DNA of 64,000 nt from Elusimicrobiota bacterium. GTDB taxonomy: Bacteria; Elusimicrobiota; Elusimicrobia; UBA1565. Where the stretch lies: positions 103,830-167,829 of the forward strand of contig JBDRPD010000039.1 in the NCBI GenBank assembly GCA_043827405.1, in the 5' to 3' direction. The notes below the pieces were generated by a model. The model searched no databases and was not told the DNA's origin. It worked only from the letters and a program-made list of their open reading frames with translations. Numbering within the stretch: position 1 is the first letter of the stretch; every line of letters starts with the position of its first letter. Of this stretch, positions 19,449 to 30,010 are shown piece by piece. The position numbers were made by a program, and so were the translations under genes.

Positions 19449-19545
19449 AAGCTAATTCGCCGCCTCGATCATTATCCAGGGCATGGCTGGAAGATATGAT
19501 ACAAACAACGGCGCGGAGCAAAACGCGCTAATGTCGTCTGCCCGG

Positions 19546-21951
19546 TTAGTCGATGCTGCGCAGCCGCGCGGCGAACTCGCCGGGTGTGGCGATCCGCTTT
19601 TCTCGATCCATTTCGAGTGAGCGGGCGATCAGCGCGTCGAGGCGGGGATCGAGGCCGGCGACGACTTGGGTCGCGGGCCGGTAGCCGGTGCCCGCGCCCG
19701 GCTGCAAGCCGCTGTTCCCGAACGGCGGCTCCCCCGTCAGCATCTCGTAAAGGCAGGCTCCCAGGGCGAAGGTGTCGGTCGCCGGGGAGACTACGCCTTG
19801 GTAGGCTTCCGGCGGCATATAGGCTGGAGTTCCCGCCAGATGCTGGGTGTGGGCGACGCGCACTTCCTGGCGCGCCGGCTGCACGGCGGCGGGCATCGGC
19901 GTATCCGTACTTCCAAGGTTCCGGGCGATGCCGAAGTCCATTACTTTGACGTAGCCCCGGTCGCTGATCATGATATTGGAGGGCTTGAGGTCGCGGTGGA
20001 TGATCCCTTTTTCGTGGGCGTAGACTAAGGCGCCCGCGGTCGCCGCGAGGATCGGACGGGTGCGTTCCCAGCTTATTCGCTTGTGCTTGAGCAGCAGCTG
20101 CTGGAGCGTTTTGCCGGTTACATATTCCAAAACAAGGAAGACGCCGTCCGGGCGGTCGAAAATCTCAAAGATATTGACGATGTTGGGATGCCGGAGCTCC
20201 GCCATAATGCGGGCTTCCTTAACATAGAGCTGGCGCAGGCCGGTCTCGTCGGCGCTGAGGTTGGCGAGCGCCTGCTTGACCGCGACGTCGCGTTCGAGCG
20301 AGGTGTCGTAGGCGCGCCAGACCTTGCCCATCCCGCCGTGCCCGATGATGCCCTGCAGGCTGTACTTCCCGCCGAGCATGGAGCCCTCGACCGCGGGTTC
20401 CGGCACCGGCGCGGGCTGCTGGGCGGAGGCGGGTTTCGGTTCCGCGCGCCGGGGGCGAAAGCGCCGCAGCAGCGTAGCGAACAGCGGCATAAGGGCGGGC
20501 AGCGCGGCCGCCGTTAGGGCGATGAGGATCAGGGCGCCGCCCAAGGCGATCTTGGGACTGAGCTTGAACGGCGGCGTGTAGTCGATCTCGTCAAGCAGCG
20601 AGCGGCTGTCGGTCCGGTCCGGATTGAACAGCTCCTCCTCGTTAAGCGCTTTGAGGTAATGGTTCATATAGCGGTGGTCGATCTCCGCCGCCGCCTTTAA
20701 CGCCGCCAGCATCTCGTCGCGCATCCCGAGCTTCTCATAGGCGAAAGCGCGCATGAGCAGGGCTTGGGCGTCCCGGGGGTTGATATTGAGCAGCCGGTCC
20801 GTGGTTGCGATCACTCCTTCATAGTCCTTCATGTGCAGCTGCGCCCAGGCCAGGGTGCGCAGGGCATCGGCGTTATTGGGATCGATTTTCAGGCTCCTGA
20901 GCGCCGCTTCGGCCGCGCTTTGAAACTCCCGCTGGCGGCTGAGGATTTTAGCCTTGAGCTGATAGCCCATGGCGCTGTCGGGGTGCAGGCGGATGTACTC
21001 TTCGGCGTCGCGCAGGGCGCCTTTGAGATCGCCGCTGAGCAGCTTGTTCTCGCCGCTTCTGAGCAGGGGGAGATCATATACCGGCCGCACGTTTTGCTTG
21101 GCGTACGGCGATTTCAGGCGGCGATCCGGCGAAATTTCTACCTTCTTGCGGGACCGTCCCGGTTGTTCGCGCGGGGGCATTTTCTTGCGTTCGCGCAGCT
21201 TGTCGGTTCGCCGGGCCGGCGGTCGTGCCGCCGGGATCCGGCCGGTTAGAGGGCGCGCCGCGCCGCTCGTGTATGCGCCGGGAGTTCCGCCGCCGGTATT
21301 GGCGCCGATCGTCTTGAGGGCATTGGCCATCATATCGCGCGTCATGCCCTTGATCTGGTTGGTTTTGGCTTCGGCGTAGCCCGCGGCCTGCCCCTGCGAC
21401 ATGTTCGGATCGGAGAAAGCCTTCTGCATGTCGGTGACGGAGCGCATCATATCCTGGGTGGTCGCCGGGGCGTCGTCGTCGGACGCGCGGCGTTTTTTTC
21501 TTCCGCTTTCTACGGAATAGGCCTCACCGAGACGGCCGGTCCAATACTCCTGCTTGTCCGGGTAGACATAGTGGCCCAGCTCGTTCTTGTACGTCTCTTC
21601 CGCCTTAAGATAATCGCGGGCGCTCGTGTCGCTGTTCCTGCGGGCCTGCTCTTCCGCTTTGCGCGCATCTTCGTAGTGGCGCTGCTCGGTATTGGCTTTA
21701 TTCTGGAAATGGTCTTTGCGGAAGAGGGATATATTGGCGCGGTTGCGAAAGTCCCGCGTGTTCTCATAGTAGCCGTCGGTCAGCTCCCCGGCCCGCTTCT
21801 CCTCATTTTCATCCTGCTGCAGCTGCGTGCGGGCCTGCTCAACCTCGCTGCGCAGCGCCTGCTCCCGTTCTTCATATTCCGCGCGTACGGGGAGCTGCGC
21901 CAGCGCGCACAGAAAGAGCCCCAGGGAGGCCAGGATGGGCAAGCGTCTCAT
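19546..21951 (-). CDS. Receptor-like Ser/Thr protein kinase with extracytoplasmic coiled coil and TPRs
   Basis: Signal peptide, TPRs, one TM, Hanks kinase motifs GHGGMG, VAVK, HRDLKPSN, DFG, PPE. Confidence 0.93.
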   Translation of the reverse strand: MRRLPILASLGLFLCALAQLPVRAEYEEREQALRSEVEQARTQLQQDENEEKRAGELTDGYYENTRDFRNRANISLFRKDHFQNKANTEQRHYEDARKAEEQARRNSDTSARDYLKAEETYKNELGHYVYPDKQEYWTGRLGEAYSVESGRKKRRASDDDAPATTQDMMRSVTDMQKAFSDPNMSQGQAAGYAEAKTNQIKGMTRDMMANALKTIGANTGGGTPGAYTSGAARPLTGRIPAARPPARRTDKLRERKKMPPREQPGRSRKKVEISPDRRLKSPYAKQNVRPVYDLPLLRSGENKLLSGDLKGALRDAEEYIRLHPDSAMGYQLKAKILSRQREFQSAAEAALRSLKIDPNNADALRTLAWAQLHMKDYEGVIATTDRLLNINPRDAQALLMRAFAYEKLGMRDEMLAALKAAAEIDHRYMNHYLKALNEEELFNPDRTDSRSLLDEIDYTPPFKLSPKIALGGALILIALTAAALPALMPLFATLLRRFRPRRAEPKPASAQQPAPVPEPAVEGSMLGGKYSLQGIIGHGGMGKVWRAYDTSLERDVAVKQALANLSADETGLRQLYVKEARIMAELRHPNIVNIFEIFDRPDGVFLVLEYVTGKTLQQLLLKHKRISWERTRPILAATAGALVYAHEKGIIHRDLKPSNIMISDRGYVKVMDFGIARNLGSTDTPMPAAVQPARQEVRVAHTQHLAGTPAYMPPEAYQGVVSPATDTFALGACLYEMLTGEPPFGNSGLQPGAGTGYRPATQVVAGLDPRLDALIARSLEMDREKRIATPGEFAARLRSID

Positions 21952-22055
21952 GGAGAAAGTGTAAACTGCGGGGGAAAATTTTTCCAGGGTCTTTAGAAAA
22001 AAGCGCAGCGGATAACAAAATGGCAGTAAACTGTCAAATTGGTAGAATCGGCCTC

Positions 22056-23990
22056 ATGACCGAAGCGAGCCCGCTCTCTACGCCGGAGCATTTTGCGCGG
22101 CTCCAGCGCCTCAGCGAGCGTGAGCGCGAGGCGGAGAAGGCGCAGCGCCAGCTGGAGCTGGAGCGTTATTCGCTGGCGACCCGGGAGGCGCTGGGCAAAA
22201 CCGTTTCGCGGCTGACCATCGACGGAGTGGAGCAGGGCGCGGCCGGCTACCAGCGGATCGTGCTGTCGCGCATGGTGGCTCCGGGCGAGCTGACGCCCTT
22301 CCATGCCATGAGCCGCGGCGACAATGTGCGTCTCACCTTTCCCGCCGGGATCGAGCCGCCCTTCGTGGACGGCACCCTCGAGTACCTGGAGCAGTCGCGG
22401 GTCGCGGTGGCGGTGGATGCGCAGCTGCCGGAGAATCCGCCGGCGGGGAAATGCCATATCGATCTCCTCGGCTCCGATGCCACCTATCAGCGGATGAAGA
22501 AAGCCCTGGCCGCGGCCGCGCGCGCGCGCGCCAATAGGACAGCCGAGCTGCGCGAGATCTGCATGGGGGAGCGGGCGGCGGCGGCGGGCGCGCCGCCGGC
22601 TCTGAAGTTCTTTAATACCGCGCTCAACCGCTGGCAGCGCGACGCCGTGCGGCGCGCGCTGGCGGCCAAAGACATCTCCATCGTCCACGGCCCGCCCGGC
22701 ACCGGGAAGACGACGGTGCTCGTCGAGATCATCCTGCAGGCGGTCGAGCGCGGCGGACGCGTTCTCGCTTCCGCCCCTTCGAATATCGCCGTCGATAATA
22801 TCCTCGAAAAGCTGCTTCCGTACGAGCTGCGTGTCGTCCGGCTCGGTCATCCGGCCCGCATGCTGGAAAGCGTGCAGGCGGGCAATATCCGCATTCTGAC
22901 GGCGGAAGACCCGCAGTTTGTGACGGTTCAGGAGATGGACGCCTGGCGCGAACAGCTCAGCCGCAAGCTGGCCCGCAAAGGCTCGCGCAGCGTCTCGGGC
23001 GAGGAGCGGCAGGAGATGCGCCGGGAGGTGAAGCGGCTGTGGAAGGAGGCGCGCAAAATTGAGCTCGCGATCTCACGGCGGCTGGCGCTGTCGGCGCAGG
23101 TGGTGCTGACCACGCATGGCGGCATGTCCGATAGAATCCTGCGCGGAGAATTCGACTGGGTGGCGCTCGATGAGGCGTCCCAGGCGACCGAGCCGCTTTC
23201 CTGGATTCCGCTCCTTAAAGCCGGCAAGGTGGTGATCGCCGGGGACTCCATGCAGCTTCCTCCCACTTTGTTCTCCCGGGAGGCCGCCGCGGAGGGGCTC
23301 GCCGTGACGCTGTTCGAAAGGCTGCAGAAGATCCTGCCGGCGAATCTGCAGACGCTGCTTCGGGTCCAGTACCGCATGCATGAGACGATCATGGGCTTTT
23401 CTTCGCAGGAGTTCTACGGCGGCAAGCTGATCGCCGACGAGGCGGTGCGGGAGCATCTCGCCAGCGGGCTCGACGGCGTTCGCGCCGGCGAGCTGACATC
23501 CGTTCCGATGGTTTTTGTCGATACCGCCGGCACGGGCTACGAAGAGACTCTCAACGAGCTGCTGCAGAGCCGGGAGAATATGCGGGAAGCGGAGCTGGTG
23601 GTGGATATCGCGCAATCGCTGCTTAAAGACGGCGTGGCGCCGGAAGATATGGCCGTGCTTACTCCGTATATGGCGCAAAAGAATGTGCTGCGCACCCTGC
23701 TGCAGGTGCAGGGCCTCGAGATCGGGACGGTCGACGGCTTCCAGGGACGGGAAAAGGAGGTGACGATCGTCTCGCTGGTGCGCGCGAATGAGCGCGGGGA
23801 AGTCGGCTTCCTGGCCGACACTCGGCGCATGAACGTGGCGCTTACGCGGGCGCGCCGCCTGCTGGTCGTCGTCGGCGACAGCGTGACCATCGGCCGGCAT
23901 CCCTTCTACCGCAGCTTCCTCGAATACGCCCAGAACAATGCGGATTACCGCAGCGCCTGGGAGTGGATGGACGACGGGAAATCTTCCTAG
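22056..23990 (+). CDS. Superfamily 1 helicase, IGHMBP2/Upf1-like
   Basis: GPPGTGKT, APSNIAVDN, DEASQ, GDSMQLPP, QYRM, TVDGFQGREKE, RMNVALTRAR. Confidence 0.95.
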   Translation: MTEASPLSTPEHFARLQRLSEREREAEKAQRQLELERYSLATREALGKTVSRLTIDGVEQGAAGYQRIVLSRMVAPGELTPFHAMSRGDNVRLTFPAGIEPPFVDGTLEYLEQSRVAVAVDAQLPENPPAGKCHIDLLGSDATYQRMKKALAAAARARANRTAELREICMGERAAAAGAPPALKFFNTALNRWQRDAVRRALAAKDISIVHGPPGTGKTTVLVEIILQAVERGGRVLASAPSNIAVDNILEKLLPYELRVVRLGHPARMLESVQAGNIRILTAEDPQFVTVQEMDAWREQLSRKLARKGSRSVSGEERQEMRREVKRLWKEARKIELAISRRLALSAQVVLTTHGGMSDRILRGEFDWVALDEASQATEPLSWIPLLKAGKVVIAGDSMQLPPTLFSREAAAEGLAVTLFERLQKILPANLQTLLRVQYRMHETIMGFSSQEFYGGKLIADEAVREHLASGLDGVRAGELTSVPMVFVDTAGTGYEETLNELLQSRENMREAELVVDIAQSLLKDGVAPEDMAVLTPYMAQKNVLRTLLQVQGLEIGTVDGFQGREKEVTIVSLVRANERGEVGFLADTRRMNVALTRARRLLVVVGDSVTIGRHPFYRSFLEYAQNNADYRSAWEWMDDGKSS

Positions 23991-24130
23991 GCCTATAGTC
24001 CTATATTGTTTGATTTGCGGTCCTAGAAAATAATTGGGACTTTCGGGGTATTTCCCCTTGATTTAGGATTGGCCATTTGTTTCAATGCCTTAACAAGTAA
24101 ATCCGTACGATCCAGTCGTGGGGGTGGCAC

Positions 24131-25072
24131 ATGGTTAAGATCGTCAGCGGTTTGTTGGGCGCGCTTTTTCTTACGTCCTCGGCCTTCGCGCAGGTTAATC
24201 CCGATGTCATTTACGGCGACGACGACCGTTTGGACGTTTATCAGGTCCAAAGCGGAGTGCTTCGTGAACTGGCGGATTCTACAGTCGGTCTGATGAGCAG
24301 CGAAAAAATTACCATCGCAGGCGCTAAAGCCTCGATCCGGACGACGTCCTACAGCTCCAGCTACAGCTTGTGCGAGGATGAGCCATTCTATGAGCAGGAG
24401 ACGGCGGCGTTCTGCTCCGGCTCGCTGGTCGGCCCGGATCTGATCATGACGGCGGGGCACTGCATTACGTCGCAGTCCTCCTGCGAGGGCACGAAGTTTG
24501 TGTTCGGCTTCGCGGTGAAAGAGAAAGGCAAGAATCCCAAGAGCGTCCCGGCCGGTGATGTATACGGCTGCAAGAAGCTGCTGGGACGCACCCAGGAGAA
24601 CTCCGGCGCCGACTGGGCGATCATCAAGCTCGATCGCGCGGTGACGGGGCATAAGGTGCTCAAGCTCAACCGAACCGGCAGCTCGCCCAACGGCACGCCG
24701 CTGATCGTGATCGGGCACCCGGCGGGGCTGCCGACCAAGGTGGCCGGCGGCGCCTACGTGCGCAACCAGGGCTCAGCAGGACATTTCGTAGCCAACCTCG
24801 ACACCTACGGCGGCAATTCGGGCAGCGCGGTCTTTAACGCGGTGACCGGCAAGGTCGAGGGCATTCTGGTGCGCGGCGCCACGGATTATGTATGGCGCGG
24901 CAACTGCCGGGTCTCCAATGTCTGCACCGATGACGGCTGCCGGGGCGAGGACGTGACGCGGGTCTCGGCGGTTTACGACCTGGTTCCGGACAAGAGCCCG
25001 TTGGCCAAGTTCCGCATGGGCAAAGTTCCGGCGCTTAAGCAGCTGATGCAGCTCACCGGGGGCTCGCGCTAA
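24131..25072 (+). CDS. Secreted trypsin-like serine protease (paralog 1)
   Basis: Signal peptide, VIYGDDDR, TAGHC, DWA, GGNSGS catalytic triad motifs. Confidence 0.92.
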   Translation: MVKIVSGLLGALFLTSSAFAQVNPDVIYGDDDRLDVYQVQSGVLRELADSTVGLMSSEKITIAGAKASIRTTSYSSSYSLCEDEPFYEQETAAFCSGSLVGPDLIMTAGHCITSQSSCEGTKFVFGFAVKEKGKNPKSVPAGDVYGCKKLLGRTQENSGADWAIIKLDRAVTGHKVLKLNRTGSSPNGTPLIVIGHPAGLPTKVAGGAYVRNQGSAGHFVANLDTYGGNSGSAVFNAVTGKVEGILVRGATDYVWRGNCRVSNVCTDDGCRGEDVTRVSAVYDLVPDKSPLAKFRMGKVPALKQLMQLTGGSR

Positions 25073-25096
25073 GCGACGCGTTAACAGATCAACAAC

Positions 25097-25138
25097 GCGG
25101 CCGGGGCGATCACAGGGCGCCCCGGCCGCTTTCTTTTA
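25097..25138 (+). terminator. Intrinsic terminator
   Basis: 12-bp stem GCGGCCGGGGCG/CGCCCCGGCCGC followed by TTTCTTTT. Confidence 0.85.
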
Positions 25139-25256
25139 TGGTTCTTAGGGCCCAAAAAAATGCGGGACCAAGGGCCGCGAAAGGCTTGCATTCTCGCGGG
25201 AGCAATTGTTTAAATGCGTCAGGGATCGACGTACTACCATTCAGGGGGGGGAAGGC

Positions 25257-26204
25257 ATGGGGAAGTTTATAAGCTGTTTGCTGAGCTCTTTACTGCTGTC
25301 GTCCGCGGTGTTCGCGCAGGTTCGTCCGGACGTTATCTACGGCGATGATGACCGGCTGGACCTCTATCAGGTCCAGAGTCCCAAACTCCGGCGCATGGCC
25401 GATTCAACGATCGCGCTGATCTCCGGCGGCGACGTTACGATCGACGGAGCCGGCGGGATCGCCCGCCTTAATACCTCGTCCTATGCCGGTGACTACCAGC
25501 TCTGTCAGGAAGAGCCGTTTTACGAGCAGGAGACGGCGGCGTTCTGCTCGGGGTCGCTGGTCGGTCCGGATCTGCTGATGACCGCAGGGCACTGCGTGCG
25601 TTCACAGTCAGCCTGCGAATCCACGAAGTTCGTTTTCGGCTTCGCGGTGACCGAGAAAGGAAAGAATCCTAAGAGCGTGCCGGCCGCGGATGTCTACAGC
25701 TGCAAGCAGCTCCTTGGCCGCGAAGAGGTGGGAACCGGAGCTGATTGGGCGATCGTCAAGCTGGATCGCCCGGTGGCCGGACATGCGCCGCTGAAGCTCA
25801 ACCGCAGCGGCAGTATCCCGAATGGGACGCCCTTGATCGTAATCGGGCACCCCGCCGGACTGCCGACCAAGGTCGCCGGCGGCGCTTACGTGCGCAACCA
25901 GGGCTCGGACGGCCACTTCGTGGCCAACCTCGATACCTATGGCGGCAACTCCGGCAGCGCGGTATTCAACGCGGTAACCGGACAGGTCGAGGGCATTCTG
26001 GTGCGCGGCGAGCAGGACTACGTGTGGCGCAACGGCTGCCGGGTATCGAACGTCTGCGCCGACGACGGCTGCCGCGGCGAGGATGTGACCCGGGCCTCGG
26101 CGGTGCTCGGTCTGGTCCCCGGCGCGGGGCCGGCGGCGAATTTCCGCGTCGGCAAGGTCCCGTCATTTAAGCAGCTGCTGCAGCTGACCGGCGGCTCGCG
26201 CTAG
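25257..26204 (+). CDS. Secreted trypsin-like serine protease (paralog 2)
   Basis: Same motifs as paralog 1 with long identical stretches. Start MGKFIS after a purine-rich RBS. Confidence 0.92.
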   Translation: MGKFISCLLSSLLLSSAVFAQVRPDVIYGDDDRLDLYQVQSPKLRRMADSTIALISGGDVTIDGAGGIARLNTSSYAGDYQLCQEEPFYEQETAAFCSGSLVGPDLLMTAGHCVRSQSACESTKFVFGFAVTEKGKNPKSVPAADVYSCKQLLGREEVGTGADWAIVKLDRPVAGHAPLKLNRSGSIPNGTPLIVIGHPAGLPTKVAGGAYVRNQGSDGHFVANLDTYGGNSGSAVFNAVTGQVEGILVRGEQDYVWRNGCRVSNVCADDGCRGEDVTRASAVLGLVPGAGPAANFRVGKVPSFKQLLQLTGGSR

Positions 26205-26222
26205 ACCGCAAGGGAATCGCGC

Positions 26223-26262
26223 AACGGCCGCTCCTCTATGCGGGGGGCGGCCGTTTTATTTT
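26223..26262 (+). terminator. Intrinsic terminator
   Basis: Stem AACGGCCGCTCC/GGGGCGGCCGTT followed by TTATTTT. Confidence 0.8.
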
Positions 26263-26360
26263 CGCAACGCCGGTGGCAGCTGCGCAGCAGGTAAGAGACG
26301 CTGCGCTAGCCAGGCGGTGAATTCCTCTTGCCGCATTGCCGCTGAGGTGTGCCGAGCGCC

Positions 26361-28694
26361 TTACAGTCCGATATGCAGCGGCCCGTGCCCCGCCCGGTTG
26401 GGCAGGTGCTCATGGCCGTGCAGCGTCACATCGCTCGCGCTCAGCGTCTGCGCCGCGTCCGCCGCCGGCTTCGCCGCCGCCGGCGGCGCCGCCGGCTTGG
26501 ACCGCTCTCCCTTGCTGAACAGGAGCATCGGCGCGAACAGCTGGATCAGGCCGAGGACCGTGGTGGCGATGCCGGCGATCCAGAGGCTGGTCGAGATCGC
26601 GACGCCGTTAAGCACGAACCCGTAGAGCAGGGTCGCGGCGATGGCCGCGAGGATGCCGACGAAGGAGTTCGCCGCCAGGACCTGGTTCATCTGCAGGTCG
26701 TTGTAGCCGCGGATCTTTTTCTGGTAGATGCCCGTCATGACCATGCCCACGAAGCCGCCGAGGAAGGTCTGCAGGCCGTAGAGGGCGAGCAGGCCGACCA
26801 CCGAGCCGGTATTGATCATCCACCAGAAGGCCGGCACCGACAGGAAGGACAGGACGTAGAAGGGGATGGTCAGCCGCTCCTCGGTGGTGAACCCCAGCTT
26901 CATGAACAGCTTGCGCAGGGGGTTGATCATCAGGGAGGCGACCGCGCTGCCCAGGCTCGAAGAGGTGACCAGCAGGGCGAAAAATCCCATCGGCGTGCCG
27001 ACCAGCCCCTTGAAGAACCAGCCCAGGAGCGGGACATTGAGCAGCATGTCCAGCGCGCCCGGATTGGTCGCCAGGACGCCCTCGACGAACTCCGGCAGGA
27101 TGTTGAAGACCAGCGGATCAGCGAACAGCGAGGAGATCAGGCCGATGATCATCAGGGTCCGCAGGTAGCGGTTCTGCATGACCAGCTTGATTCCCTTGAC
27201 CATGGAGACGCCGGCGTTCTTGACCGCGCTCCACAGGCCGGTGATCTGTACGTTTTGTCCGCCCATGGTCTCTTCGCCGTCTTCGATCGCTTCCTGCGCC
27301 GGCTTTGAGCCGATCATGCGGATGGTGGCGAAGATGAGGCCGGCTATGCCGACGCCGGCCGCGTAGACTCCGTAGATGAGCGCGCTTCCGGTTCCGGCTT
27401 TGCCGAACCAGTCGGGGATGCCGGCGATCTGACCCGCGATGAAGGGTGCGATGATGGCGATAATAGCGCTCAGGAAGGTGCGCATCGAGTTGGCGCGCAG
27501 ACGCTCGGCGGGCAGGACCGATTTGTGTCCCATGAGGCGGGCCGTCGCGCCCGACATCATGATGACGTAGACGCCCTGGAAGAACGACTGGCCCGCGATG
27601 AGCCCCAGGAGCACCCAAATCGCCGCCTGCGCCGAGAGTAGGCCCGAGGCGAAGAAGATTGCCGGCACTCCGAAAAGGATTCCCATGCGCGCCAAAGCCG
27701 AACGCACCAGCCACTTTTTCGGACCGGCCTTGCCGTCTTTGGTAAACAGCGGGATGGCGATATAGCTTATCGCCTGCGCGGCCCAGTGCATGAAGCGGGC
27801 CATGCTGCGGTTTTCACGCACCAGGGCGTTGAGCGCCTCTGCCGTGGTGTCGCGCAGCTGGCCGTTTTCCTGCAGGGTATTCTTGGTGAACGACTTCATC
27901 AAGAACGGCAGCGCGACGATGTACATCTGGAAGCCGAAGAGATAGATGGCTTCACCCAGGAACATGCGCCAGAAAGCCTTGTTGCGTTCCTCTTCGCGGA
28001 AGATTTGGGTTTTACTGTTCAGCCACTTGCGGATGCCGCCTTTCTCGGCCTTGACGGGCGCTTTGGCCGGCGCTTCCTCGATTCCGGGGAGCGCGGCTTC
28101 CCGCAGTTTGGTGAGCTGCGAGCTTGCCTTAAGGCCGCCGCGCAGGGTGCCGGAAGGGGTCGCCTGGACCGCCCCGCTCTGCGTCGGCTGGGATAGGCGG
28201 CCGGTCAGCAGATCTATTTGCGTTCGGGCGCCGGTATAGGCATCCGCCGTACCCGCATGCGCGAGACCCTTTACGCTCTGCGCCACCGCCCGCGATACGC
28301 CGAGCACTTTCCGGGTAAAGGGAGTCTTCAGCTTGGGGGCGCTCGCGGAGTTCGCGGTGAGCTTGTCAACGGGATAATAGTGCAGGGAGGATACGGCCTT
28401 GTTAACGGGAACGACTTCGGGGACTATTGTTCCGTTATAAGAGACCGCATGCGAGAGCGCGGGGATGCTTACCGAAGCGACGGATTCGGGAAGCGCCAGC
28501 GATGTCTTAAGCGACGGAGTAAACGAGGGATTGAGCGTGGTCTGGACGCCGACGGAGTGGAAGGCGGCGCCGGCGGCGGCCGCACCGGTGCCGACTTGAG
28601 CCGTCGGCTGGACGCGGATCATGACGTTTGCGGCGTGCAGAATTCCCGGCTCTAACGCGAGAAGAAGGCTGATCGCGGCGGCTATGAATCTCAT
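26361..28694 (-). CDS. MFS-type transporter with signal peptide and about 235-aa N-terminal extension
   Basis: About 12 TM segments after residue 235, ERLRANS and IIAPFIAG MFS-like segments. Confidence 0.75.
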   Translation of the reverse strand: MRFIAAAISLLLALEPGILHAANVMIRVQPTAQVGTGAAAAGAAFHSVGVQTTLNPSFTPSLKTSLALPESVASVSIPALSHAVSYNGTIVPEVVPVNKAVSSLHYYPVDKLTANSASAPKLKTPFTRKVLGVSRAVAQSVKGLAHAGTADAYTGARTQIDLLTGRLSQPTQSGAVQATPSGTLRGGLKASSQLTKLREAALPGIEEAPAKAPVKAEKGGIRKWLNSKTQIFREEERNKAFWRMFLGEAIYLFGFQMYIVALPFLMKSFTKNTLQENGQLRDTTAEALNALVRENRSMARFMHWAAQAISYIAIPLFTKDGKAGPKKWLVRSALARMGILFGVPAIFFASGLLSAQAAIWVLLGLIAGQSFFQGVYVIMMSGATARLMGHKSVLPAERLRANSMRTFLSAIIAIIAPFIAGQIAGIPDWFGKAGTGSALIYGVYAAGVGIAGLIFATIRMIGSKPAQEAIEDGEETMGGQNVQITGLWSAVKNAGVSMVKGIKLVMQNRYLRTLMIIGLISSLFADPLVFNILPEFVEGVLATNPGALDMLLNVPLLGWFFKGLVGTPMGFFALLVTSSSLGSAVASLMINPLRKLFMKLGFTTEERLTIPFYVLSFLSVPAFWWMINTGSVVGLLALYGLQTFLGGFVGMVMTGIYQKKIRGYNDLQMNQVLAANSFVGILAAIAATLLYGFVLNGVAISTSLWIAGIATTVLGLIQLFAPMLLFSKGERSKPAAPPAAAKPAADAAQTLSASDVTLHGHEHLPNRAGHGPLHIGL

Positions 28695-28845
28695 CGTTCC
28701 CCCTGGCTGCAGTCATTATCGTCCAAAACATCTCTCCTGCATACGGCCGATGGGGAAGTCTTTGAAGAGAATCAGACCTAGGCAAAATTAGGCCCTTTGA
28801 TAGGGTATTCGAACGGGAGATTGCGTATAATTGCTCGACCGCATC

Positions 28846-29967
28846 ATGAAAAAATCGATACTGCATGTTTCCGAGGCGACCGGCTGGACCGGAGGGCTGG
28901 CGCGCCTCCTTGAGACCTCTCTGGGACTTAAACGCAAAGGCTGGGATATCGTTATCGCCTGCCATCCGCAAAGCGACATGGTGGCGCCCGCCGAGCGGGG
29001 GGGGCTGCGGATACTTCCGGTGCCGGTCCGCCAGGATTACGATGTGGTCGCGGCGTATCGCATCGCGCGCTATATTAAGGATAACGGCGTACCGCTGCTG
29101 CATGCGCACCATCCCAAGGCCCATGCCGTATGTCTGCTCGCCAAGCTGCTGCTCGGAGGGAGCGGGGGAAAAGCCGCTCCCAAGCTGATCGTCAGCCGGC
29201 GGGTTTCCTACCGGGTCGGCTGGAATGTTTTCAGCTCCTGGAAGTATCGCAGCGGTCTGATCGACCGCTATGTCGCGGTCGCTGAAGCCGTCAAGGCGAA
29301 CCTGGCGGCCGCCGGGGTCGCCGGGGACCGGGTCACGGTTATCCGCAGCGGTGTGGATATGGATAAGTTCGCGCCGCGGACGGGAGATCCGGCGCTGCGC
29401 CGGGAACTGGGCCTGCCGGCGCAAGGACGGCTGGTCGTGCTGGTCGGCAACGCCGCGCCGGCCAAGGGGCAGTCCGTCTTCCTGGAAGCCGCAAGCCTGC
29501 TGCGCCGGAAGCTGAGCGACGTGCATTTCCTGCTCGTGGGCCGGGATACCGATGCGCGCTGGATGAAGGAGCACGTGGAGCGCCTTAAGCTCGCGCCGGC
29601 GGTGACGCTGGCGGGGTACCGGACGGACGTTCCGGAAGTGCTGGCGCTCGCGGATTTGAGCGTGAACGCCGCGGTGGCGGGAGAGGCGTTGTCCGGGGCG
29701 CTGCGCGAGTCCCTGGCCATGGAAATCCCCGTGGTGGCCAGCGATCTTTCCGGCAACGGCGAGCTCGTCCGCGACGGAGAGACCGGCAGGCTCTGTACTC
29801 CCGGCGACGCCGGATCTATGGCGGCCAACATGCAGTGGATGCTGGAGAACTCCCGGGAAGCGAAAGATATGGCGCGCAAGGGGCGCTTGGTGGTGCGCGC
29901 GGGCTTCAGCCTGGAGGCTTCAGTGGACGCGGCGGACGCTTTGTATCAAGGCCTGCTTCGCGGTTGA
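28846..29967 (+). CDS. Glycosyltransferase family 4 (GT-B)
   Basis: GWTGG, VIRSGVD, AKGQ, E-x7-E motif [14 protein letters not shown]. Confidence 0.92.
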   Translation: MKKSILHVSEATGWTGGLARLLETSLGLKRKGWDIVIACHPQSDMVAPAERGGLRILPVPVRQDYDVVAAYRIARYIKDNGVPLLHAHHPKAHAVCLLAKLLLGGSGGKAAPKLIVSRRVSYRVGWNVFSSWKYRSGLIDRYVAVAEAVKANLAAAGVAGDRVTVIRSGVDMDKFAPRTGDPALRRELGLPAQGRLVVLVGNAAPAKGQSVFLEAASLLRRKLSDVHFLLVGRDTDARWMKEHVERLKLAPAVTLAGYRTDVPEVLALADLSVNAAVAGEALSGALRESLAMEIPVVASDLSGNGELVRDGETGRLCTPGDAGSMAANMQWMLENSREAKDMARKGRLVVRAGFSLEASVDAADALYQGLLRG

Positions 29968-30010
29968 CTCACCGCTTCCAATACGGGAGAATCATCTGCA
30001 GGGTACAGCT

